39,769 nt of DNA from Malacoraja senta. Taxonomy: Eukaryota. Positions within the stretch are counted from its first letter, which is position 1. Each line of letters begins with the position of its first letter. A program made the position numbers and the translations under genes. Positions 1 through 12,263 of the stretch are shown here, in pieces. The DNA is taken from positions 1 through 39,769 of the forward strand of contig JAXLNO010000392.1 in assembly GCA_038087875.1 (NCBI GenBank), in the 5' to 3' direction. The notes beneath the pieces are model-generated. The model had not been told where the DNA came from, did not search any database, and saw nothing but the letters and a program-made list of their open reading frames with translations.

Positions 1-479
1 ACGAGGAAAATACTGGAGAGCAAGAGCCTGGGAGTGAATAAATACATGGGTAATGGGCTAAAACTGGGATGAAGGAGACTGTGTATACATGTCTGGGAAT
101 GGGGAAATGCTGTGGAAGTGGATAGTTAACTAGGGTGCAGGATAATATTGGGAAATAAGAGCCAGGTGAAGATTAATGCAAGGAGGTTGGTGATTGCAAA
201 TTTGTATACCTGGAAACAGGTTAACCCTGAGCATGGGAGGACTGAGGGAGGAACACCTTGTGGTTTCAGATATCCAAATACATAAAGGCCAATTATTGGA
301 TGGGATGGTCAGGGAGTACAATTCACATTGCATATGGGAGTACCAATGGAGTATATAAAAAGCAAAACTTTGAAAGAATTCAACAGGTCAAGCCACGCTT
401 ATCGAGGCAAAAGTGCATACATTCAATGATGGGATAGCCACCACAGCAAAATAAAGTAAACAAAGGTTTTTGGTCAAGT

Positions 480-640
480 CGTAGATTCATAAAGCACAGA
501 AGCAGGCCCATTGGCCCAATCTGTTCAACTAAAATGCCCATCTACACTGACCCACCTGCCCACAGTTAGTTCATATCCCCCTAATTCTTCCCTATCCACA
601 TACCTGTCTAAATACCTTTTAAATGCTGTTATAGTGCCAA
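480..640 (-). mobile_element. CR1/SINE-type 3' tail remnant
   Basis: CACAGAAGCAGGCCCATTGGCCCAA..CCTATCCACATACCTGTCTAAAT resembles 9635-9760. Confidence 0.6.
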
Positions 641-1712
641 TATCTTAAGTATCTTAAGAATGAAAGAAAGAATCCAGAACTAGGGTAGGAACTGTAGAAT
701 CATTGAATTTAGATCAATAAATCAGAACTAAGATTAGAACAAATGTATCAGATTATCATCATAATCCGTGGCTGCTGAGAAATGAAGGAAAGAATAACTG
801 GGTATATGTAAATAAACAGGAATAGGTCAATAATTCATAACTTGTGAAAGCAGCTGCTTGTAAATATGAGTTGGGGTAGTAGATGTTGGATAGTCAGAAA
901 TTGGAAACAACCTGGTGCTGGAGCTCAATAACCCAACCCTAGGGGTATAAATGGAGTTGTTACCTGACAGCAAAACTACCCAGAACTACAAACTTGAACC
1001 TACCAGAAGCATTGGCAATATGAACTAGAGACTTGGTTTTAAAAAAATCTTTATAACTGACCATGTGCCCCTATAAATTGTGATGTTTGCTCCATTTTGA
1101 AACAAACTGTCTCCTTAATCCTAAACCATGTTCTGCAAATTCCTCATGAACTTTCTAAGATCTTTGCACTACAATGCCGCTTCTTCAATCCCTTTCAGGC
1201 TCATCCCTGTAGGGTTACATATGTCATCGTTCATCCTGCCCATGTGTGCTACAGCATTTGTCAATTCCTAACTGAATCTCAACAATTCAAGATCATTCTC
1301 TACACCCACACAGATCTTCATAACATCTGCAAACTTTCAGATGATGCCCATAATACATACACCTAGATGATTAATAAAAGAGCAACTGTTCAACACTGAG
1401 TCCCGTGGGATACCACAGTTCTCAAATTGCTTTCAGTCTCAGGCCTTCTGCCCAGTTCTCAGTCAAGATGAATATATTGTTAATGCAGGCCCTTCCTGGG
1501 CGACCATCATCCAACTTATGGACATCCGGTATATACGAGCGAGCTTCCACAAATATTATTAAATTCAAATGAGAACTATTCTCGAAAAATAAGCCTATTT
1601 ACATGTAACCTCCCTACAGTAATCAGGCACCTTGTTTGTTAAGAACACAAGCTGCCAGTTTCAATGCAGGAAGACACTTAAGAGAGTACCTTTGGAAATT
1701 AACAAAATTCAT

Positions 1713-2255
1713 GTAATAGCAGAATTAGGCCATTCGGCCCATTGAGTCTACTCCATTCAATCATGGCTAATTTATCTCTCCCTCTCAACCCAATTCTCCT
1801 GCCTTCCCCCTGTAACCTTTGTCCCCCCCCACCGTGCTAATCAATCACCGCTTTTCAAATACCCCATGACAGCCTCCACAGCCTTCCGTGGAATGAATTC
1901 CACAGATTCACCACCCTCTGGCTAAATAAAATCCTCCTCATCTCCTTTCTAAAGGTATATCCTTTTAGTCTGAAGCTGTGCCATCTTCTCCGAGTCTCTC
2001 CTGCTAAGTTGCAATGAGATCTTCCCCCCCCCCCCCCCCCGCCACCAACCCATCCTTCTAACCTCCAGAGCCGCCAAACGCTCAACGTAAGTTAACCCAA
2101 TCATCCCTGGGATTATTCTCGTAAACCTCCTCTGGTCCCTCACCAACACCAACACATCCCTCCTTAGATATGGGACCGAAAACTGTTCACAATACTCCAA
2201 ATATGGTTTAACCAGTGCCTTTTCAAGCCTCAGCATTACATCCCTGCTTTTATAT
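1713..2255 (-). mobile_element. Degenerate CR1 LINE 3' fragment
   Basis: Fragments LVKPYLEYCEQF, QRRFTRIIPG and FSQRVVNLWNS in different frames. Confidence 0.82.
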
Positions 2256-2289
2256 TTTATATTTTACATAATATTACAAGCAATCTGTT

Positions 2290-2715
2290 ACATAGAACAT
2301 AGAAACATAGAAAATAGGTGCAGGAGGAGGCCATTCGGCTCTTCAATCACATTCATTGTGATCATGGCTGATCGTCCCCAATCAATAACCCGTGCCTGTC
2401 TTCTCCCCATATCCCTTGATTCCACTAGCCCCTAGAGCTCTATCTAACTCTCACTTAAATATGTCCAGTGATTTGGCCTCCACTGCCCTCTGTGGCAGGG
2501 AATTCCACAAATTCACAACTCTCTGGGTGAAAATGTTTTTTCTTACCTCAGTCTTAAATGGCCTCCCCTTTATTCTAAGTCTGTGACCCCTGGTTCTGGA
2601 CTCACCCAACAATGGGAACATTTTTCCTGCATCTAGCCTTTTATAATTTTATATGTTTCTATAAGATCCCCCTCATCCTTCTAAACTCCAGTGAATACAA
2701 GCCTGTTCTTTTCAT
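2290..2715 (-). mobile_element. CR1 LINE 3' fragment with (ATAGAAAC)n tail
   Basis: GAATTCCACAAATTCACAACTCTCTGGGTGAAAA is the reverse complement of the FFTQRVVNLWNS coding region; tail at 2292-2315. Confidence 0.82.
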
Positions 2716-2982
2716 ACTTGTGCAAACAAGGCAATAGCCACTGATAACTCAAGCCCACCAAAACCAGCCATTGAATGTGGGACATCCTGTATTCTGTAAC
2801 ATGGTAACTAGGCAGGGGAAGACAATAAATATCCATGTTTATTGTCCATCATCAACCCCATTCATTACAGTACTATGGGAGCATAATTACTATTAGCGAG
2901 TGATCTTGTGTATTTTCTAATTTATGGACAAAGGGGCGTCTATAAAAAAATGATCCAGTTTGTAATTTGGGGGCGGCCCTGT

Positions 2983-3706
2983 ACCATATAACCATATAAC
3001 CATAACAGCACGGAAACAGGCCATCTCGGCCCTTCAAGTCCGTGCCGAACACTTTTTAAAATGTTTTAATATATTTTTTTAATTTACTTCCCCCTAGTCC
3101 CATCTACCTGCTCTCAGACCATAACCCTCCATTCCTTTCCCGTCCATATAACCATCCAATCTATTTTTAAAGGATAACATCGAACCTGCCTCCACCACTT
3201 CCACTGGAAGCTCATTCCACACAGCTACCACTCTCTGAGTAAAGAAGTTCCCCCTAATGTTACCCCTAAACTTCTGTCCCTTAATTCTCAAGTCATGTCC
3301 CCTTGTTTGAAAAGCTTGTGGGAAAAGCTTATCCACGTCCACTCTGTCTAACCCGCTCATAATTTTAAAGACCTCTATCAAGTCCCCTCTTAACCTTCTG
3401 CGCTCCAAAGAATAAAGACCTAACTTGTTCAACCTTTCTCTGTAACTTAGTTGCTGAAACCCAGGCAACATTCTAGTAAATCTCCTCTGTACTCTCTCTA
3501 TTTTGTTGACATCCTGCCTATAATTAGGCGATCAAAATTGTACTCCGTACTCCAGAATTGGCCTCACCAATGCCTTGTACAATTTTAACATTACATCCCA
3601 ACTTCTATATTCAATGCTCTGATTTATAAAGGCCAGCACACCAAAAGCTTTCTTTACCACCCTATCTACATGAGATTCCACCTTCAGGGAACTATGCACA
3701 GTTATT
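2983..3706 (-). mobile_element. CR1-clade LINE, 5'-truncated
   Basis: ORF 3094-3471 contains LERRRLRGDLIEVFK and FFTQRVVAVWNELP (CR1 ORF2 C-terminus); short tandem-repeat tail (ACCATATA)n. Confidence 0.9.
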
Positions 3707-5237
3707 AATTTTACCAGAGCATTAATTTTGTGGAAAAAGCATTTCTGGAGATTTTTCTAAGTGTAATGGCAAATTTACGACTTTTCCAGTGTCCAACTTC
3801 CCATTGCCATTACTACACAGGTAAGTAGGAGTGATCTTACGCAGACCAAATAGAACAGATTTTCCAGTCATTGGTTCTTTATTGAAGTAGTTGTACCAAT
3901 AAAGAGATGAACGTACCAAGTTTTCCTTATTCTGCATAAGTTGTAACTAGCTGTTCACGGTCTGGTGAGAACTGTATGCTCTGCCTCCCTGTGCCTGGTC
4001 TGCCACTCCCTGTCCACTATGCCCATATATATATATATATATATACACGCCCCTAGGTACATCTAATGACTGCCCCAAGTGTCTAAAATAATACTGCAAG
4101 ATATATCTAGACAAAATAATATAATATGCCAACAATAGTTAGCGGAAACATAAATGGCTCCTACACGAAGAGAAGCTAGTGGTTTACCTTCATTCATCTT
4201 GTTGACTTAAAAAAATACATTAAAATATGGAAATATGACCTATTCCTTGGATTTTCTTCAGAGAGACAAATGTCTATTCACTCAGCATATCGTTTCCCAG
4301 TGATTTTTTACTGGTTTGACATCAGGAATTTCTACTAATCTGATGTCTGATTCAATGTGGTGCCCATGTACTGCTGGGAAAACAGCGAAGCTCTTCAAGA
4401 AATCAGTGAAGAATCCTCATAGATACGTAAAGGCATAACTTCAGATGTACTGTATATCCCTGTAAATGCTGTAAGTTGCTGTTGGATTTACCCACTAATC
4501 ACAGGGATCCCTTCAGTACAACATTGTTACTACAGAGAAATCAGACCCTGTCCTTTTGTTGTACACATGCCTTTCCCCAGCTATTAAATATGTGGACAAG
4601 TGGTTTTCACAAAATCTTAATTGCTTATGACCTTTAAACAAAGTTTCTGTTTACTTTATCTTACAAGATTGCATATCCCTTTCCATAATAAATATTTAAA
4701 GATTAGGATTTTTAGTTTCTGAGATCTGTTCCTGAATCGGCCTCTGATGTTAAATACTGTTTAAAAAAAATGTTATATGCACAGCACAGTTGTTTGAGAC
4801 ACTACTAGTGAAATGGAAAATTTGTGATTTAAATCATGGGTCTGTTAACAATATTATTGTTTACATGTGAGTTCCATTTGGCAATGTTTTTTGATTTTTC
4901 AGATAATTCTCATAATCCCTCTTTTCTATGTGTAGACGCTTGATTTTATCAAGCCCGAACATTTTCCATTCAGTTTGCAGGGTATATATGGTTCAATTTA
5001 AAACATGCATCCTCATGACTGCATTCCGGTGGGGCAGGATGGTCTTCATCGGTGATTGCCGCACTCAGCAAACCACTAATTACTTGCCCACTGAGAGCAT
5101 ATTGTGGGGGGCATGCTTCTTGCTTCAGCGCTGTACATGTGGACACAATTTCTCAAGTTGCTGATCCACAACTGAGATAACAATAGCTAAAATTGTTATA
5201 TTAAGTTTATTTTTTTCTTTATGCCTTAGAGGTTTAG

Positions 5238-6088
5238 TTTTCCTGCGATTCTTTATGGACGTGAACTTTTTCTTACCGATGTGACATGAAGTTGTTGCAT
5301 CGTGTTGCTTCGGGATAAGCCAAACCTTAGATTATAGTGAGGGGGTGGTATAATGGAACTTAAATGAATAATACCCCGTGTATAAAGTTTACATGCACCC
5401 CCCACTCTTTCAGACTACAAAGCCAGTATTTCGCACCATCCATTTCATTCCATTTAGTCCACAGACTTTTTTTCCCTGTTCACGGACTAAAATTACCAAC
5501 TACAGTTTGAACCACGAATGCAAAGTTCTTTTTATCTGCAGATGGTCCCCTTTTCAACCTCTCCATTCGCTCAGAAAAGGGTATTTTTTAATGTAGATGG
5601 ACTAGTTCATTGAAGATTTCTGCAATGTAATTTCTCAAGTAAAGTATATCAGGTGTTGAGATAGTGGACAGAAATTTGCTACTGGCAGTGAGTTTGAGTA
5701 AATGTAATTGTACTTTTTGTTAATTTTAAAATGCATTTTAAAATGACAGTTTGTGTTTTTAAAAGAGTAGCAAATCAATACCAATCATGAGCTCACTATG
5801 TTTGGAATGAAACAAACACCAGTGATACTGATAATTATATAAGGAAAACTTAAATTCAGCTCAGTTGTACCAAGTACTTAGTTAGTATGTTGAAAACAGA
5901 AATTTGACCTATAATCAATATACTTGCATCTGAACAATGTAATTTTCCTGGGATTTTTTTACATATATAATCCTTTTCTTACCGATGTGATATTAGGTGT
6001 TGCATCATCTTGTTGGAGGCTAGACATACCTCAAGTTGTAGTGTAGGGGTGATATGATGGAAGTTAAGTGGATAATACCTTGTATAAA
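5238..6088. repeat. Two diverged copies of a 120-150-bp element (5238-5386 and 5943-6088) in the RDH14 intron
   Basis: Shared TTTTCTTACCGATGTGA, TGTTGCATC, TAGTG..GGGGTG.TAT.ATGGAA.TTAA.TG.ATAATACC and TGTATAAA; roughly 70-75% identical by eye. Confidence 0.82.
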
Positions 6089-6252
6089 TCTCAATTAAAC
6101 AATTTTTTTGCTTGATATGAGCAATGACATCTAAACATATTCACAATGTTTTGTTAATTTTAAACAATTTCTTATTTGTGATGACATTTGGGAGCCATTT
6201 CTGTAGTGCGTAACCATCTATTTTTGCTTCTCTTAAAATCCCCCTCATAGTT

Positions 6253-7150
6253 CATAATCGTTGAGCTGTACATCACAGAAACATGCCCTTCGGCCCACCT
6301 TATCCATGCTGACCAACTGGGCATTCTAGACTAATTCCATTTAGTTCATTATCCGTTAAACCCTTTCCATCCTTATATCTGTCCAAATGTCTTTTTAAAA
6401 GTTGTGATATATCCACTTCTACAGCTTGTTTGGGTAGCTCATTCCAGATATGTACTAGCCTCTGAATTGCCTCTAGGGTTCTTCTTAATTCTCTCCCCTC
6501 TCACCCTAAGCCTATGCCCTCTAGTTTTGGGGAAAAGACTGTGAATGCTCACTTTAACCGTGCCTCTCATGATCTTGTACACCTCACTAATGTCACCCCT
6601 CAGCCTTCTACGCTCCAAGGAAAAAGTCCCAGCTGATACAACTCTCCCTAAATCTCAACCCCACAAGCCCAGGTAATTTTCCATTTACGGTGCAAATCCT
6701 ACTCTGGTGTGACATATTCGATTGTAACACCTCACATTTAATGGAGTTAATTCCTTGATCCACTTTCCCGACTGATCCCGATCTTCTTGTAAACCAAGAT
6801 ATCCTTCCCCACTGTCCACTGTAGAATCTTTTTGGTGTCATCTGCAAATATACTCACAATGTTAACTACATTGTCATCCATATCATGAATGTATATAATA
6901 GCAGTGGACCTAGCCTCACGGCTTTCAATTTGTTACAGTCCTCCAATCAGAGAAACAACACTCCACAAACTACCTTATGAATCCTTTTTCCAAGCTAATT
7001 TTGAATCCAAATTGCTAGCTCACATTGGATTCCACGTGTTCTAACCTTCCAGACTAGCTACCATGTGGGACCTTGGCAAAGGCCTTGTTAATGTCCATAT
7101 GGACAATGTTCACTGCCCTGCTCTCATCAATCCTTGTGGTGACCTCTGCA
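6253..7150 (-). mobile_element. Old, internally deleted CR1 LINE fragment
   Basis: CR1 3' UTR pattern (GCCCTTCGGCCCAC) and RT remnant FADD (GTGTCATCTGCAAA near 6836-6848). Confidence 0.75.
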
Positions 7151-7339
7151 AATAAAAAATATTCTCAGATTTGTGAGACACGATTTCGCACACAAAATGT
7201 TCTTACTTTCACTCCCATTTCCATAGCATATTTTGATAATGAATAGATCATTCTGGGAAAGATCCACAAATTCCTTCTTTGTGAGCAGTGCGCCAATGTG
7301 ATGGATGAAAAGTACTTTTTAACTTCTTCTCTCCATAAG

Positions 7340-7963
7340 GAAGAACAAAGAGTGGATGTCCTCATCAATAACGCTGGAATTTTCCAGTGTCCCTACATGA
7401 AAACCGAGGATGGTTTTGAGATGCAGTTTGGGGTGAATCACCTGGGACACTTCCTTCTCACCAATCTCCTCCTGGATCTCCTCAAGCAGTCTGCCCCAAG
7501 CAGAGTGGTGGTAGTGTCCTCCAAGCTCTACAAGTATGGTGAGATCAATTTTGATGATCTGAACAGTGAAAAAAGCTACAACAAAAGTTTTGGGTATAGC
7601 AGGAGTAAGCTGGCCAACATCCTGTTCACCCGTGAACTAGCCAAACGTCTGGATGGTACTGGTGTCACGGTAAACGTGCTACACCCAGGCATTGTGCGCA
7701 CAAACCTGGGAAGACACATCAGTATCCCTTTACTTGGACAACCGATCTTCAAGTTCATGTCCTGGGCTTTCTTTAAAACTCCAGAACAAGGAGCAGAAAC
7801 ATCTCTCTACCTGGCTACATCTCCTGACGTTGAAGGGGTGTCAGGTGAATATTTTGGAGACTGCAAGCAGGAGGAGTTATTGCCCAAAGCAATGGATGAT
7901 GCAGTTGCAAAAATGTTGTGGGATGAGAGTGCAAAAATGGTGGGACTGAACTCACCACTGTAA
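7340..7963 (+). CDS. RDH14: Retinol dehydrogenase 14 (SDR family), terminal coding exon; exon 1 lies outside the window
   Basis: The pyrimidine tract and AG (ttcttctctccataag, AG at 7338-7339) lead in phase 0 into [22 protein letters not shown] motifs are present: [19 protein letters not shown], catalytic YSRSK, HPGIVRT, and TAA at 7961-7963. The peptide closely resembles vertebrate RDH14 exon 2 as I recall it. The N-terminal TGxxxGxG motif is absent. Confidence 0.93.
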   Translation, partial: EEQRVDVLINNAGIFQCPYMKTEDGFEMQFGVNHLGHFLLTNLLLDLLKQSAPSRVVVVSSKLYKYGEINFDDLNSEKSYNKSFGYSRSKLANILFTRELAKRLDGTGVTVNVLHPGIVRTNLGRHISIPLLGQPIFKFMSWAFFKTPEQGAETSLYLATSPDVEGVSGEYFGDCKQEELLPKAMDDAVAKMLWDESAKMVGLNSPL

Positions 7964-8017
7964 ATATTCTATGTTGTAAATATACATTTTGAGTAGTTTA
8001 TTGACTAATTGAATTTC

Positions 8018-8093
8018 AATAAATCTTTGACTGTATATTTGGAAACCAGTTATTACACCAGGGATTGCAGCCTGGAGTAAATGTTTCAATAAA
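8018..8093 (+). promoter_or_regulatory. Two candidate polyadenylation signals of RDH14
   Basis: AATAAA at 8018-8023 and 8088-8093, both inside the same 15-mer TTTCAATAAATCTTT, 55 and 125 nt after the stop codon, followed by GT/T-rich sequence. Confidence 0.55.
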
Positions 8094-8990
8094 TCTTTTA
8101 TGTTACTAGAAATTATATCAAAATTGTGCATTGTGAAGTGGCTTGTTTGATGCCATTGGTTTACACCATAATGTTCAAAATGTTTGAATTTGCAGAATAT
8201 ATTTAAATGAACATCAGTTTGTGTTTTTTGTCGATGACTGCTTCTGCCTTACACCAGTTAACAGAATGTTGTTAATATGGAGGTCAAAAATGTTATTACG
8301 GCACCTAATAACTGTTAAGAAAAGGGGATTGCCCTATTAGGTAATGGCAAGGCTCAGTTCTGCTTCGTTGACATTTATTGTTGCAATTTGGCAAGTTTTA
8401 CTGATCGAGCCTTTCTCTCAGCATAACATACAAAACTTCAATCACTTCAAATTTTTTAGCACTTACCAAATAAATACTATACCTGAAAGCAAAATGTTAC
8501 AGTCTGCTGTTTTGTACTACATAGAGAGATAATGGAGTTAGCTCCAGAAGTTTAACAATATACCTTTAGTAGAGGCTGTGTCATGGAAAGGAAGTTAGTT
8601 TTGTTCAGATTTTATGCATCTTTTTCATTTTCTGAAGTACTAGGCATCCCGAGGTTACATAAAATAGTCTGTTCCTGAGAACGAAATGATCCGTAAGTTG
8701 AAAATGAACAGTTTTCCCTCAAACCTTAAGGTGAAATCATTGGGCTCAACAGCCCTTGCAGAGAGTAGACTGGGGAAGGTCAGCATTGGTGATATGAGTT
8801 GTGACTAGCAAGTGAACTGTGCTAAATGTTTGTCTGAATACAGCCTGGGTGAAGTGATGTGGGGAGCTGATCTGCAGATCAACGTGACAACTGACGGCAT
8901 TTCGATAAAAGAAGGGTGACGAGAGATGGCTTGGGGTTCATAACATTTGATCATACCTCAAGAAGACTTTGGAGAAGGTATTGGTTTAGA

Positions 8991-9116
8991 GCCTGAAGAA
9001 GTGTTCCGACCTGAAATGTCACCTATTCCTTTTCTCCAGAGATGCCGCCTGACCCGTTGAGTTACTCCAGCATTTATCTTCAATATTAACCAGCATCTGT
9101 AGTTCCTTCCTACACA
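8991..9116 (+). mobile_element. Short Penelope-type terminal module
   Basis: CTGAAGAAG..GAAATGTCACCTATTCCTTTTCTCCAGAGATGCCGCCTGACCCGTTGAGTTACTCCAGCA..GTTCCTTCCTACAC matches the other copies. Confidence 0.72.
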
Positions 9117-9620
9117 TTGGATTTTTCTCTGGGTGATCCCTACATAGTTTTATGGTGAAGAGATTTGAATACTGCTCAAGAGCAGAGTCTAGAAGAAATT
9201 GTGTAAATCGGGTCTTCAACAACATGGGGACCCACTGTTTCATAAATTGGTAGTGTATTTTAATTCATTACTTCAATAACGCAACAGAATGTGTAGCTAT
9301 TCACTGAAACAATGGGCTGCCAGAAAAAAGACCAAAAAAATTCTGAACTTGATTGTAAAAAGTACAAATTTTATGAATGAATAACTACAGATAATGCTGT
9401 TTTGGGGGAGATGTGCTGATAATTTAGACAATCAAGACCAACATGTAATGACCATGAGGTGTTTCAGCTCCTGGGGCATTTACTGAATTAACCAATCTCA
9501 TCTGTAAATTGGAATGTAGATTATGAAGTACTACAATCTCTTGGTTTAGCAGTGCAAAATAAGTATTTTTAGAATCACCAAAATGCTCTTGTCTTGCAAA
9601 TGTTGAATGAGTACTTGGAC

Positions 9621-9965
9621 ATAGTCATAGAGTGATACAGTGTGGAAACAGGCCCTTCAGTCCAACTTACCCACACTGGCCAACATGCCCCAGCTACACG
9701 AGGCCATATCCCTCCAAACCTGTCCTATCCATGTACCTGTCCAACTTTCTTAAACGATGGGATAGTCCCAGCCTCAACTACCTCCTCTGGCAGCTTGTTC
9801 CATACACTCACCACCCTTTGTGTGAAAAAGTTACCCCTCAGATTCCTATTAAATCTTTTCCCCTTCACCTTGAACCGATGTCCTCTGGTCCTCGATTCCC
9901 CTACTCTGGACAAAAGACTCTGTTCATCTACCCAATCTATTCCTCTCATGATTTTGTATACATGA
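9621..9965 (-). mobile_element. CR1 LINE 3' fragment
   Basis: TRGHRFKVKGKRFNRNLRGNFFTQRVVSVWNKLP in ORF 9725-9949. Confidence 0.87.
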
Positions 9966-10618
9966 TCCTGGAAACAATGGTAGTCTAGAAAGTGGAATGG
10001 AAATCTAGCAAGGGTTCACGGGAAAATCAAAATCATTTATAAAATGCAAGGAAAAAGTGGATATAGTTCCAGTGACGTTCAGATGAAGTGTCATTGATCT
10101 GAAATAACTTTCTTTCCTCATGGATACTTGCCTGATCTGCTGAATAGTTATAGTACTTTGGTTTTATTTCCTGATTTCGAGCATCTGCGGGTTTTTTTAA
10201 TTTGCATGTATATTTTCACCTTGTAGTCCATTTATTGAGATACATGAAGTATTTTCTACATGTAACTCAATGTTTGTACACAGAATTGTGTTTTTGGTAT
10301 TGTGAGGTGTTTAAGCAATTAAGGAAATCGTAGCCAATTAAGACAACAGACTAAACGAGACATACAAAAATAAATTAAAAGAAAATTATATAGCAAACAA
10401 AATAGGCCTCATTTGTTTTCACTTTTCTTTCTCTTAATGAACTATATTAACATTGAAAAGGTATATTGTAATCAATTCTGCAATAAGAAGCATATATTTA
10501 GTTTTAGTTTAGTTTTGATATACAGTGCGGAAACAGGCCCTTCGTCCCACCAAGTCTGCGCCAACCAGCACTATCGTACACACTAGGGACAATTTGCAGT
10601 CTTTACCAAAGCCAATTA

Positions 10619-12263
10619 CAGTGCCCTCCATAATGTTTGGGACAAAGACCCATCATTTATTTATTTGCCTCTGTACTCCACAATTTGAGATTTGTAATAG
10701 AAAAAAATCACATGTGGTTAAAGTGCACATTGTCAGATTTTAACAAAAGGCCATTTTTATACATTTTGGTTTCACCATGTAGAAATTACAGCAGTGTTTA
10801 TGCATAGTCCCCCCATTTCAGGGCACCATAATGTTTGGGACACAACAATGTCATGTAAATGAAAGTAGTCATGTTTAGTATTTTGTTGCATATCCTTTGC
10901 ATGCAATGACTGTTTGAAGTCTGCGATTCATGGACATTACTAGTTGCTGGGTGTCTTCTCTGGTGATGCTCTGCCAGGCCTGTATTGCTGCCATCTTTAG
11001 CTTATGCTTGTTTTGGGAGCTTGTCCCCTTCAGTTTCTCTTCAGCAAATAAAAGGCATGCTCAATTGGGTTCAGATCGGGTGATTGACTTGGCCGCTCAA
11101 GAACTGACCATTTTTTAAGCTTTGAAAAACTCCTTTGTTGCTTTAGCAGTATGTTTGGGATCATTGTCTTGCCGTAGAATGAACCGCCGGCCAATGAGTT
11201 TTGAGGCATTTGTTTGAACTTGAGCAGATAGGATGTGTCTATACACTTCAGGATTGTGTACTACTACTACTATCAGCAGTTGTATCATCAATGAAGATAA
11301 CTGAGCCAGTACCTTCAGCAGCCATACATGCACAGGCCATAACAGCCCCACCACCGTGTTTCACAGATGAGGTGGTATGCTTTCGATCTTGGGCAGTTCC
11401 TTCTCCCCTCCATACTTTGGTCTTGCCATCACTCTGATATAAGTTAATCTTCGTCTCATCTGTCACAAGACCTTTTTCCAGAACTGTGGTTGCTCTTTTA
11501 AATAATTCTTGACAAACTGTAACCTACCCATTCTATTTTTGCGGCTAACCATTGGTTTGCATCTTGCAGTGTAGCCTCTATTTCTGTTCATGAAGTCTTC
11601 TGCGGACAGTGGTCATTGACAAATCCACACCTGAATAGTATTTCTGATCTGTCGGACAGGTGTTTGGGGATTTTTCTTTATTAAAGAGGGAATTCTTCTG
11701 TCATCAGCAGTGGAGGTCTTCCTTGGCCTGCCAGTCCCTTTGCAATTAGTAAGCTCACCAGTGTTCTCTTTCTTCTTAATGATGTTCCAAACAGTTGATT
11801 TTGGTAAGCCTAAGCTTTGGCTGACGTATCGAACTGTTATATTCTTATTTCTCAGTCTCATAATAGCTTCTTTGACTTTCATTGGCCCAACTTTGGTCCT
11901 CATGTTGATAAACAGCAATACAACTCTCCAAAGGTGATGGAAAGACTAGAGGAAAGACTAGGTGCTGAGAGCTCTCTTATACCTGCATTAAGGAGGCAAT
12001 TAAGCACACCTGAGCAATTACAAACACCTTTGAAGCGATGTGTCCCAAACATTATGGTGTCCTGAAATGGGGAGGACTATGTTTAAACACAGCTGTAATT
12101 TCTACATGGTGAAACCAAAATGTATAAAAATGGCCTTTAATAAAATCTGACAATGTGCCCTTTAACCACATGTGATATTTTCTATGACAAATTTTAAATT
12201 GTGGAGTACAGAGGCAAATAAATAAATGATGGGTCTTTCTCCCAAACATTATGGAGGGCACTG
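10619..12263 (-). mobile_element. Tc1-family DNA transposon, IR/DR type, 1645 bp
   Basis: TA at 10617-10618 and 12264-12265 flanks CAGTGCCCTCCATAATGTTTGGG...CCCAAACATTATGGAGGGCACTG. TIRs are about 225 bp (10619-10843 and 12040-12263), each with two copies of CATAATGTTTGGGA. Confidence 0.95.
10875..11903 (-). pseudogene. Frameshifted Tc1 DD34E-type transposase
   Basis: Motifs are spread over several frames: HTH and GRPRKT, TDETKINL, VKHGGG, QDNDPKHT, PSQSPDLNPIEH (near 11055-11090), ending GYATKY-stop. Confidence 0.9.

Noticed and set aside
3718..3820. Possible plus-strand cassette exon ending CAG|GTAAGT in the RDH14 intron
   Set aside because: It is 103 nt (frameshifting), its acceptor abuts a CR1 fragment and the peptide has no SDR similarity.
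7298..7339. N-terminal 14 codons of the 221-aa track ORF
   Set aside because: They are intronic read-through upstream of the splice acceptor, and the Rossmann motif is missing, so this is not a single-exon gene.
1..7339. RDH14 exon 1 or NT5C1B exons expected from human synteny
   Set aside because: No matching coding sequence or CpG island is visible; they presumably lie left of the window.
8640..9242. Possible old Tigger/pogo-like MITE ends (also near 1484 and 2790)
   Set aside because: The terminal repeats are too decayed to pair convincingly by eye.
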